Origin: Neisseria sp. WLZKY-1
GTDB lineage: Bacteria > Pseudomonadota > Gammaproteobacteria > Burkholderiales > Neisseriaceae
Assembly (NCBI RefSeq): GCF_046546535.1
Contig: NZ_JBKGTW010000009.1
Coordinates: 30,529-62,528 of the forward strand
DNA: 32,000 nucleotides
Reading direction: 5' to 3'
Shown piece after piece: positions 1-7,996 of this stretch. The number at the start of each line of letters is the position of its first letter. Within the stretch, counting starts at the first letter, position 1. Under the pieces are notes generated by a model that searched no databases, was not told the origin of the DNA, and saw only the letters and a program-made list of their open reading frames with translations. Position numbers and translations under genes: made by a program.

Positions 1-159
1 TGAAGCGGGTTGTCCGGCGGTTGGAAAGCGGCGGATTATAGCGGAATTTTCCTGCGGGGCGGGGCGGGACGTCGACCTTGACGCCGATGTGTTTTCAGAC
101 GGCCTCATGCATTTGTCGGCTTTGCCGCCGCCGTGTTTCTACTGTGGGAGCTTCGTCTT

Positions 160-3100
160 TCAGACGGCCTCTTTGGTGTCGGACAGGGCAGCGAGCAGGG
201 GGGCGGCGAGGTTTTCCGCGAGCAGCCAGAAGAGTTCGCTGTCGACGGGAGGAGTATCGTCGCGGCCGAAGACTTGGGCGACTTCGGCGTAGTCGCACTG
301 GCCGGTGCTTTTTTTGCCGCCGAAGTAGGCGGTGGCGGCGGCTTTGTAGGCGGACAGGCGCAGTTCTTCTTCTGTTTTTTTGCCGTCGGGGAGCAGGGCT
401 TCGGCGGCGGCGAGGGTGGTTTTGGCGAAGAAGGGCAGGGGGCGGCTTTGGCCGGTGCGCCACCAGGCGAGCCAGGCGGCAAGCAGGGTGCGCGCCTGTT
501 GCTGCGGGATGGGGGGGAGGGTGGTGATTTGGTCGGGCTGCACCCAGTGGCTGCGCAGGTCGGCGGCGCTGTCGGGGCGCACGGCGTTGTAGATGAGGTG
601 TTCGAGCAGGAGGACGGTTTTTTCGGGGGCGTTGGGGGCGTGGTCGAGGAAGCGGATGCGACCGTCGCGGTGCAGGCTGTCGAGGCTGCCGTAGAGGGTG
701 AGGCCGTCTGAAATGAAGGTATAGGGGGCGGCGGGTAGGGGCGGGCTGGCGATGAGGTCGGAGTCGAGGGATTTGGCGGCGGTTTCGCAGCGTTCGCGCC
801 AGAGTGTGCCGATTTCGCCTGCGGGTAGCAGGGAGCGGGCTTCGAGGACTTGGGCGGTGTCGGCGAAGTCGCAGCGGTTGAGGCGGGCGTCGAGGTAGGC
901 GGCGGCGATGTCGCGCGGGCGCGGCGGCTCGAAGGGTTCGGCGGTTTCCCATGCGCCGCCGAGATAGGGCGCCTGCCAGTCGAGTGTGTGCGAGAGCCAG
1001 TGTTTGACGGGGTTGCGCCAGAAGTCGAGAAAGGCCGCGTGGCCGACTTCGGAGGGGATGTCTGCGCCGCCGTCTGCGTTTTCCGATTCAGTGCCGCAGA
1101 AGGGGGCGGGTTTGGCAGGAGGGGCGGACAGGGCGGCGGCGTAGTCGGCGCGGGTAGAGCTGAGTCTGCCGCCGTCGAAGTAGCGGGTGGAGAAGGCTTG
1201 CAGGGGGTGGTTTTCGACGAGGGCGGCGTTTAGTTCTTCCACGCTTTGTCCGGTCATGTCGGCGAGGCAGTCGGCCAGTTCGCCGACGAGGGCGGAGGGG
1301 GCGAGGGCTTCGTTGGTGCGGATGTCGCGGCCGACGTAGGAGAGATAGAGGTGTTCGCGCGCGCTGATGAGGGCTTCGAGAAAGAGATAGCGGTCGTCGT
1401 CGCGGCGGGCGCGGTCGCCTTTGCGCGGGTGGCGGGCGATGAGGTCGAAGGCGGCGGCGCGGGTGTCGCGCGGGAATTTGCCGTCGTTGAGGCCGATGAG
1501 GCACAGGACTTTGAAGGGCAGGGAGCGCATGGGCACCATGCCGCAGAAGGTGATGCCGCCGCGCAGGAAGCCGGCGTCGCTGCGGCTGCCGAGAAAATTC
1601 GACAGGTGCAGGCTTGCAACGCTGCCGGAGAGTTCGCCGATAAAGCCGGCGAGGGCGGCTTCCTGCTGCCAGCGGGCGAGTGCCTGCGCGAGCTGCTGGG
1701 CGGCGGCACGGTCGGCTTCGGCCGGTTCGCATATGTCTTCGGCAAGGCTGCGGATGCGCTCCGCCCATCCTGCGATGTCTGCGGGTTGCTGCCAGATGGC
1801 GTGCCAGTGTTTCAGACGGCCTATGAAGGCGGCGAAGCGGGCGTAAACGGCGGTGTGGCCGGGGTCGGCGTGCCACGGGCTGACGCCCTGCCACAGGCTG
1901 CCGTTGTCGGGCAGCATCCAGCCGAGGGCGATTCTGTCCAGCCCCTGCTGCCAGGTGAACAGGGCGCTGCCGCCGCCGCGCATGGTTTCGTCGGCGCCCC
2001 AGCGGATGTTGAGGCGTTCGGCGGTGTCGCGCAGCAGCGGCAGGTCTTCGAGGGTGAGGCCGAAGCGGGCGAGGACGGTTTCGTTTTCCAAGAGGGCGAA
2101 GATTTTGTCGGCTTCGAAGCGGCTGTCGAAGATGTCGACCAGCTGTTCGAGCGCCGCCAGCAGCGGGCGGCGGCGGCCGAGTTTGACGTCGGACACGGAA
2201 TAGGGCAGCGGCTGCGGGCTTTCGCGGCCGAACACGGCTTCGAGGTAGGGGGCGTAGGGTTCGATGTCGGGAGTGAGGACGGCGATGTCGTGCGGCTGCC
2301 AGTCGGGATGTTCGGCCAGCAGGGCGAGCAGGTGTTCTTTGAGAATTTGCAGTTCGCGCAGGGGGCTGTGGGCGGCAACGATGCGGATGCTGTCGTCGGC
2401 GCGGGCGCTTCCGTCGGGCAGGGCGAGGGTTTGCAGGCCGTATTGCAGGCGGTGCAGGAGGCCGTCTGAAAGGGCTTCGTCGCGGTAGACGGAGAGGTCG
2501 GCGGCCAATTCGCTGTCGGCCAGGGCGTTGAAGAAGTCGCGCCCCTGTTTGCCCAACGAGGCGAGCAGGGGGTGGCCTGCGGCGGCGGGATCATATTCGG
2601 GGTTTTCCAGCATCTGCGCCGGTTCGATGATGTTGCCCCAGTATTCGGCCGAGGGGTTGAGGGCGAAGATGTGCACTTCGCAGTGTTGCGCGAGTTCCTG
2701 CAAGAGTTGCAGGTACATCGGCGCGAGGGTGGCGATGCCGAACACGCACAGGCGCTCGGGCAGCACGCCTGCGGGCGGCGCGGCAAGGGCGGCGCTCAGG
2801 CGGCGGCGCATTTCGACGCGGTGCGGCGCGCTTTGGCGGCCGTCGTCGAGAAAGCGCCACAATTCGGCCTGCCAGGCTTCGTCGCCGCCCAGCCCGATCG
2901 GTTTGCCGCGCTGCCAGGCGTCTATCCAGTCGGGACGGTAAACGAGGTATTGGTCGAAAATGTCGGCGATCTGTCCGGCAAGCCGGTAGGCCGCCGTTTC
3001 GCCGCCCGCAAGATAGCCCGACAGCACCTGTTTGGCCGACGCCAGCTCCGGGGCATTGAGGCCGTCTGAAACAAACAGACCCAAGAGCCGCCAGCGCATC

Positions 3101-3369
3101 ACTTCGGTGTCGAAGGGGCTCAGTTCGGGAATGCCGGGCAGCAGGTCGCGCATCAGCCGCCAGGCGAAACCGGCAGGCAGAGAGAAGCGGATGTTGGCCG
3201 CGATGCCGTCCTGCTGCGCCAGATAGCGGGCGACAAAGCGGCGCATGCCCTGGCTCTGCACCATCACTTCCTCCGCCGCCAACGCCTGCGGCAGCGGGCG
3301 GCTCTGCTGCACTTTGTGCATCATGGCGGCCAAATCTTCGAGGCGGTTGGACTGGTAGAGGTTAAGCAT
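160..3369 (-). CDS. recC: Exodeoxyribonuclease V gamma subunit (RecC)
   Basis: The long ORF spans 160..3489. From the internal ATG at 3369 (MLNLYQSNRLEDLA...) the product is about 1069 aa, which fits the RecC N-terminus and size. The 40 upstream codons cross a DUS and look non-coding. Confidence 0.9.
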   Translation of the reverse strand: MLNLYQSNRLEDLAAMMHKVQQSRPLPQALAAEEVMVQSQGMRRFVARYLAQQDGIAANIRFSLPAGFAWRLMRDLLPGIPELSPFDTEVMRWRLLGLFVSDGLNAPELASAKQVLSGYLAGGETAAYRLAGQIADIFDQYLVYRPDWIDAWQRGKPIGLGGDEAWQAELWRFLDDGRQSAPHRVEMRRRLSAALAAPPAGVLPERLCVFGIATLAPMYLQLLQELAQHCEVHIFALNPSAEYWGNIIEPAQMLENPEYDPAAAGHPLLASLGKQGRDFFNALADSELAADLSVYRDEALSDGLLHRLQYGLQTLALPDGSARADDSIRIVAAHSPLRELQILKEHLLALLAEHPDWQPHDIAVLTPDIEPYAPYLEAVFGRESPQPLPYSVSDVKLGRRRPLLAALEQLVDIFDSRFEADKIFALLENETVLARFGLTLEDLPLLRDTAERLNIRWGADETMRGGGSALFTWQQGLDRIALGWMLPDNGSLWQGVSPWHADPGHTAVYARFAAFIGRLKHWHAIWQQPADIAGWAERIRSLAEDICEPAEADRAAAQQLAQALARWQQEAALAGFIGELSGSVASLHLSNFLGSRSDAGFLRGGITFCGMVPMRSLPFKVLCLIGLNDGKFPRDTRAAAFDLIARHPRKGDRARRDDDRYLFLEALISAREHLYLSYVGRDIRTNEALAPSALVGELADCLADMTGQSVEELNAALVENHPLQAFSTRYFDGGRLSSTRADYAAALSAPPAKPAPFCGTESENADGGADIPSEVGHAAFLDFWRNPVKHWLSHTLDWQAPYLGGAWETAEPFEPPRPRDIAAAYLDARLNRCDFADTAQVLEARSLLPAGEIGTLWRERCETAAKSLDSDLIASPPLPAAPYTFISDGLTLYGSLDSLHRDGRIRFLDHAPNAPEKTVLLLEHLIYNAVRPDSAADLRSHWVQPDQITTLPPIPQQQARTLLAAWLAWWRTGQSRPLPFFAKTTLAAAEALLPDGKKTEEELRLSAYKAAATAYFGGKKSTGQCDYAEVAQVFGRDDTPPVDSELFWLLAENLAAPLLAALSDTKEAV

Positions 3370-3660
3370 GGCAATCTTTCGCAGACGGGAAAGCCGCGTA
3401 TTATATATAGAGAGCGGCGGCCGATGGCAGCGGGAGGCCGTCTGAAAAAACGAAAACGCGGTTTTGCGCCGCGAATGATCATTTATCAAACCTTATGGCG
3501 CTTTGCTATAATCCGCCGCCGTAAATGAAATACGCCCGAAGAATTCGAGCAGACCTACGTTATCGGCAAGAAAGAATGGTTCTGAGCGCGCGAGCCGCAG
3601 CAAACCCCATCCGCAACAGCCCGTCCGACGGGCTGTTTTTCCGTTTCGGGAGGAACAAAC

Positions 3661-4335
3661 ATGATTAAGGACACACGGCAGGGCATCAGAATCTGGGATC
3701 TGCCCACCCGCCTGTTCCATTGGACGCTGGCCGCCGCGCTGGCCTTTATGTTTTTCAGCGCCAAAAGCGGCGGCCTGTGGCTGGCGTGGCATCTGCGCTG
3801 CGGCTTGCTGGTGGCGGCGCTGATTATCTTCCGCCTGTGCTGGGGGCTGTGGGGCAGCGACACCGCGCGTTTTGCCCGCTTTGTGCGCCCGCGCGCTGTG
3901 CCCGCCTATCTGCGCGGGCAGTGGGACGAAAACCGCCATCCCGGCCACAACCCACTCGGCGGCCTGATGGTGGTGCTGATGTTGGCTGCCGTGCTGTTTC
4001 AGACGGCCACCGGCCTCTTCGCCGCCGACGGCAACACCTTTATCAACAACGGCTATCTCAACGGCTGGATCGGCGCGGACGCAGGCGAAACCGTGCGCGC
4101 CGTCCATATCCGCTTCTCCCGCCTGCTCGCCGCGCTGGCGGTGTTGCACATTGCGGCGGTGCTGTTTTACCGCGTGGCGAAAAAACGCAATCTCGTCACG
4201 CCGATGATTACCGGCCGCCAAACGCAGGCGTCTGCCGACGCGGTGCGGCCGCGTTTTGCCGGACGCTCGGCCTTTTGCGCCGCCGCCCTGATGGCGGCGG
4301 CAAACGTGGCGCTGGTGTGGCTGCTGCGCCGTTAG
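3661..4335 (+). CDS. Cytochrome b561 / Ni-Fe-hydrogenase-type dihaem cytochrome b family membrane protein
   Basis: The 224-aa product has several hydrophobic helices and His motifs (RLFHW, GHNPLGG) typical of the PF01292-type cytochrome b family. A DUS hairpin terminator follows the gene. Confidence 0.75.
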   Translation: MIKDTRQGIRIWDLPTRLFHWTLAAALAFMFFSAKSGGLWLAWHLRCGLLVAALIIFRLCWGLWGSDTARFARFVRPRAVPAYLRGQWDENRHPGHNPLGGLMVVLMLAAVLFQTATGLFAADGNTFINNGYLNGWIGADAGETVRAVHIRFSRLLAALAVLHIAAVLFYRVAKKRNLVTPMITGRQTQASADAVRPRFAGRSAFCAAALMAAANVALVWLLRR

Positions 4336-4360
4336 CCGTGCGTTAAACGACACGGCAAAA

Positions 4361-4402
4361 GGCCGTCTGAAAGCAGGATTTGCTTTTTCAGACGGCCTTT
4401 TT
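4361..4402 (+). terminator. Inverted DUS pair hairpin followed by a T-run (terminator of the cytochrome b gene)
   Basis: The sequence ggccgtctgaaagcaggatttgctttttcagacggcc is followed by ttttt. Confidence 0.7.
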
Positions 4403-4430
4403 GTTACGGCAGGCAAACGGACAACAACCT

Positions 4431-4595
4431 TAGGGTCTGTTGACAATCAGCCTTGCGGCGGTATTTTTGGTAAAAATCCGCGCCTGCCGCGTCAAAAATG
4501 CTCGCAAGATGTCCAATCTTGCTGCGCTTTTTTCCTTGCATCCGCGAATTTTTCCGCAAAAAACCGCTTCGCAAGCTGAATATCAACAGCCCCTA
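4431..4595 (+). mobile_element. 165-bp MITE-like element, copy 1
   Basis: The termini are TAGGGTCTGTTGACAATCAGC ... GCTGAATATCAACAGCCCCTA, imperfect inverted repeats flanked by TA. It differs from copy 2 at 5 of 165 positions. Confidence 0.85.
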
Positions 4596-5684
4596 CAAAG
4601 CCCCCGCTTCGATATACGGCACGCGGCCATCGAGCTTGGGCGGTTCGCCGAGGGAAACGGCAAACAGGCGGCCGCCTGCGGCGATGTGCGGATAGGCCGC
4701 CAGCTCGGGCAGCAGGGGATCGTTTTCGTGCAGGCCGCCGACCATATAGTGCCAGCCGCGCCGCCTGCCAGCGCGGTAGAGCGCACGCAGCAGCAGACGG
4801 AAAACGGCGGGGTCGTCGTTTTCCACGGCAAGGGCGGCGATGTAGCCGTGGCGCATCTGTCCGCCTTCAGGCGGCAGCGGCGGCAGGCGCAGCAGGCGGG
4901 CGGCGGCGTTGTACAGCGGTTTGCCGATGCGCCATGCGCCGTTGTAGCGCTCGACGTGGATTTGGCGGAAGGCGTGCTGATCCCAGCCCGCCAGCGCGCC
5001 GACGAGACGGTTTTGTTTGAAGGCCAGCAGGAAATCGCCGATGCCCAGCCCTTTCAGACGGCCTTGTGCCAAATCTTCGGCACGGTAGTGCGGGGCAAAC
5101 TGCCGCCGCGCGTGTTCGCGGTTGAGAAAGGCAAACAGCGCCTCAGCATCCTGCGGCCTGCCCGCGCGGATTTCGATGCCGGGCATATCGAGGGCGCGGC
5201 GCGGCAGGGTCAGGCCGATCACGGGGGTATGCACCATGCCCAGCGGCGTGTAGCGCGGCATGCCCGCGCGGTTGGCGGCGATGGTGGAGAGCGCGGCGGC
5301 GTTGTCGTGCAGAATCATGGTGATTTCGGCGGCCAGCGGTTCGGCCGCCATTTTTTCCGCCAGCACGCGGTAGCCGCGGTAGAGGTGCAGGCCGTTGCGG
5401 TGGCATTTGTCGATGCGCAAATCGGCCAGATAGCCGGTGTCGCACAGTGTGCCGTTGAGGTAGGCAGGCCGTCTGAAACGGCTGCCGAGCATGACGATTC
5501 GGCCTTCGACATCGCAGCCTTTGTAAATCTGCGCCCTCTCGCCCTGAACGGCTGCGGCGGCGAAATAGGAGGGTTCGCGGCGGAAGCTGACGCTGATGCC
5601 GCCTTCCATGACGTTGCGTGCGAGCAGGGCGCGCAGTTCGGCGTCGTCGGCGGGCGTAACGGGGGAGAAAACGATTCTGCTCAT
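4593..5684 (-). CDS. Hypothetical protein, possibly a two-domain GNAT-like acyltransferase
   Basis: This 363-aa ORF has host-like composition. The acyl-CoA N-acyltransferase-like impression comes only from my reading of the sequence. Its TAG stop (4593..4595) lies inside the terminal bases of MITE copy 1. Confidence 0.6.
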   Translation of the reverse strand: MSRIVFSPVTPADDAELRALLARNVMEGGISVSFRREPSYFAAAAVQGERAQIYKGCDVEGRIVMLGSRFRRPAYLNGTLCDTGYLADLRIDKCHRNGLHLYRGYRVLAEKMAAEPLAAEITMILHDNAAALSTIAANRAGMPRYTPLGMVHTPVIGLTLPRRALDMPGIEIRAGRPQDAEALFAFLNREHARRQFAPHYRAEDLAQGRLKGLGIGDFLLAFKQNRLVGALAGWDQHAFRQIHVERYNGAWRIGKPLYNAAARLLRLPPLPPEGGQMRHGYIAALAVENDDPAVFRLLLRALYRAGRRRGWHYMVGGLHENDPLLPELAAYPHIAAGGRLFAVSLGEPPKLDGRVPYIEAGAL

Positions 5685-5722
5685 AAGGAGGCCGTCTGAA
5701 AGGAAAAACGGGCGGTATTATA

Positions 5723-5749
5723 GGCCGTCTGAAAGCGTTTCAGACGGCC
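5723..5749. repeat. Inverted DUS pair hairpin in a divergent intergenic region
   Basis: The sequence ggccgtctgaaagcgtttcagacggcc lies between the starts of the GNAT-like gene and nhaP2. Confidence 0.8.
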
Positions 5750-5843
5750 TTCTGCCGCGAAAAAGCCGCCTTCTGTGTTAACATCCGCCGAATTTTTATC
5801 CTGTTTCCATCCGTTTGCCGATAGTTCGAGAAAGCCCGCCTCC

Positions 5844-7583
5844 GTGGACGCCGTCAATACCCTGTTTCTGATTATCTCCCTGCTTTTGTTCATCAGTGTG
5901 ATCGCTTCGCGCGTGTCCACCCGTTTCGGCATGCCGCTGCTTTTGGTGTTTCTCGGCGTCGGCATGCTGGCGGGCGACGAGGGTTTGGGCGGCATCCGTT
6001 TCGACAGCTTCGCCGGCGCGAACATGATAGGCCAGCTGGCCTTGGCGGTGATTCTGCTCGACGGCGGCCTGCGCACCAAGTCCGACAGTTTCCGTCTGGC
6101 GCTGAAACCGGCGGCGGTGCTGGCCAGCTGGGGCGTGTTGGCGACGGTGGGGCTTTTGGGCGCGTTTGCTACCTTTTTTCTCGGCGTCGACTGGAAAATG
6201 GGGCTGCTGATGGCGGCCATCGTCGGCTCGACCGACGCGGCGGCGGTGTTTTCCCTGATGCGCAGCAGCGGCGTGCGCCTCAATTCGCGTATTCTGGCGA
6301 CGCTGGAACTGGAAAGCGGCTGCAACGATCCGATGGCGATTCTGCTGGTGAGCGCGCTGATCGGGCTGATTATGAACCCGGCCGAAACGGGGTTTGCCGA
6401 AATGACGACGCTGCTGGCCAGACAGCTCGGCTTGGGGCTGCTCTTCGGCTATCTGGCGGGCAAGGCGCTGGCGCGGATTTTGGAGCGCATCAGCCTGGCC
6501 GAAGGGCTGTACGCGATACTTATCGCCTCGGGCGGCCTTTTGGTGTTCGCCACCACCAACCTTTTGGGTGGCAGCGGCTTTCTCGCTGTGTATCTGGCGG
6601 GCGTGTTCATCGGCAACTCGCGCAACAGCTCCACCGAGCACGTTTTGAACGTGATGGACGGCCTGGCCTGGCTGGCGCAGGCGACGATGTTTCTGGTGCT
6701 GGGTCTGCTGGTTAGCCCGGTGCGGCTGTTGGAAAACTGGGCGAATGCGCTGGTGATCGCCGCCTTCCTGATTCTGGTGGCACGGCCGCTTGCCGTGTGG
6801 ACGTCGCTGAAATTCTTCCGCTACAACCCGCGCGAAGTGGCCTATATCAGCTGGGTGGGGCTGCGTGGCGCCGTGCCGATTACGCTGGCGATTACGCCGC
6901 TGATGGTCGGCGTGCCCGATGCGCTGAAACTGTTTGACGTGGCTTTTGCCGTGGTGATTCTGTCGCTGCTGATACAGGGCACGACCATCCCCTTTTTCGC
7001 CCGCCTGCTCAAAGTCGTGCTGCCGCCCAAGCCCGAGCCTTTGTCGCAGCGGGAAATCTGGCTGGCCGACAAACTGGCGGTGTCTTTGCAGTCGTTTAAA
7101 GTGGAAGCGGGATCGGACGCGGAAAACAGCCACCCTTCGGCCATGACGCGTGACCGCTTTTCAGACGGCCAAATCTTCGCCCTGCTGCGCGGCGACCAAA
7201 CCGTCGCCGTGCTGCCCAGCACGCAGATGCAGGCGGGCGATGTGGTGTGGTTTATCCTCGACGAAAAACTGGGCGACGATTTCGCCAAGCAGTTTGCCGC
7301 CGCCGGCAGCGAGGAGCGCAGCTTCTTCGGCGCCTTCAACCTCAACCCCGACGCGGTGGTGGGCGACTTGGCCGAGGTTTACGGCCTGCCCGTCAGCGAG
7401 GGCGAACGCGGCCTGCGCCTGGACGAGCTGTTCCGCGAACGCTTCGGCGACATGCCGGTGGCGGGCGACCGCATCGATTTGAACGGCTTTGAAATCACGG
7501 TGAAGGAACTCGACAACAAAGCCCGCATCCGCCTGCTCGGCCTGAAAATGCCGCAGGAAGGCGCAGCAGGGCGTGCCGCGTAA
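5844..7583 (+). CDS. nhaP2: K+/H+ antiporter NhaP2 (CvrA), CPA1 family with a C-terminal TrkA-C-like domain
   Basis: The N-terminus VDAVNTLFLIISLLLFISVIASRVSTRFGMPLLLVFLGVGMLAGDEGLGGIRFD closely parallels the NhaP2 N-terminus. The GTG at 5844 fits the family start, and an alternative GTG lies at 5775. Confidence 0.85.
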   Translation: MDAVNTLFLIISLLLFISVIASRVSTRFGMPLLLVFLGVGMLAGDEGLGGIRFDSFAGANMIGQLALAVILLDGGLRTKSDSFRLALKPAAVLASWGVLATVGLLGAFATFFLGVDWKMGLLMAAIVGSTDAAAVFSLMRSSGVRLNSRILATLELESGCNDPMAILLVSALIGLIMNPAETGFAEMTTLLARQLGLGLLFGYLAGKALARILERISLAEGLYAILIASGGLLVFATTNLLGGSGFLAVYLAGVFIGNSRNSSTEHVLNVMDGLAWLAQATMFLVLGLLVSPVRLLENWANALVIAAFLILVARPLAVWTSLKFFRYNPREVAYISWVGLRGAVPITLAITPLMVGVPDALKLFDVAFAVVILSLLIQGTTIPFFARLLKVVLPPKPEPLSQREIWLADKLAVSLQSFKVEAGSDAENSHPSAMTRDRFSDGQIFALLRGDQTVAVLPSTQMQAGDVVWFILDEKLGDDFAKQFAAAGSEERSFFGAFNLNPDAVVGDLAEVYGLPVSEGERGLRLDELFRERFGDMPVAGDRIDLNGFEITVKELDNKARIRLLGLKMPQEGAAGRAA

Positions 7584-7599
7584 ACGCGCAAAACGGTGA

Positions 7600-7633
7600 G
7601 GCCGTCTGAAAGCAAACTTTCAGACGGCCTTTC
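7600..7633 (+). terminator. Inverted DUS pair hairpin downstream of nhaP2
   Basis: The sequence ggccgtctgaaagcaaactttcagacggcc is followed by a T-rich run. Confidence 0.65.
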
Positions 7634-7831
7634 TGCATTTCAGGCGGCTTTTTGTCCACCTTCACGGTTTGCCACAATACGCCCAAACCGCGTGCGTTGC
7701 TGCGCAACACACCCTGCCGCCGTACCTGAGGTCGTCTGAAAACAAAGCCCCCAACGAAGCCGAAACAAAAAAGGCCGCCTGAACCCCAAACAACAGGGTT
7801 TTCAGACGGCCTTTTTGTATTTCAGACGGCC

Positions 7832-7996
7832 TAGGGTCTGTTGACAATCAGCCTTGCGGCGGTGTTTTTGATAAAAATCCGCGCCTGCCGCGTCAAAAAT
7901 GCTCGCAAGATGTCCAATCTTGCTGTGCTTTTTTCCTTGCATCCGCGAATTTTTCCTCAAAAAACCGCTTCGCAAGCTGAATGTCAACAGCCCCTA
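7832..7996 (+). mobile_element. 165-bp MITE-like element, copy 2
   Basis: It has the same termini and length as copy 1. Its right end supplies the TAG stop of rep (7994..7996). Confidence 0.85.

Noticed and set aside
1246-2469. Long plus-strand ORFs opposite recC (for example 1246..2469, 133..711, 2572..3069). The same pattern occurs opposite nhaP2, rbbA, gshA, nadE, ubiE, norM and murB (5796..7133, 11441..12958, 12978..14084, 15498..16241, 17824..18750, 28259..29527, 29710..30945, 31173..31865).
   Set aside because: All are antisense or out of frame to genes with clear family matches. They have GC-driven Gly/Ala/Arg/Pro composition and lack start contexts.
3493-4446. A 317-aa minus-strand ORF over the cytochrome b gene.
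   Set aside because: It is antisense to the TM-rich cytochrome b561-family ORF, which has the convincing motifs. It also runs through a DUS terminator and into the MITE.
7630-7831. The DUS-rich spacer between nhaP2 and MITE copy 2, with degenerate DUS (aggtcgtctgaa, aggccgcctgaa), considered as a possible small gene or sRNA.
   Set aside because: There is no ORF with a start context and no convincing promoter-terminator pair beyond the DUS hairpins. It looks like ordinary neisserial intergenic DUS clutter.
7802-7987. 60-61-aa ORFs inside every MITE copy (MIFSLRSGFLRKNSRMQGKK..., MTISLAAVFLVKIRACRVKNARKMSNL...), including the N-termini of the 419-aa, 168-aa and 162-aa ORFs.
   Set aside because: The same short frames recur only because the repeat recurs. 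They have no SD, they run across the element boundaries into unrelated sequence, and a 165-bp element cannot encode a transposase.
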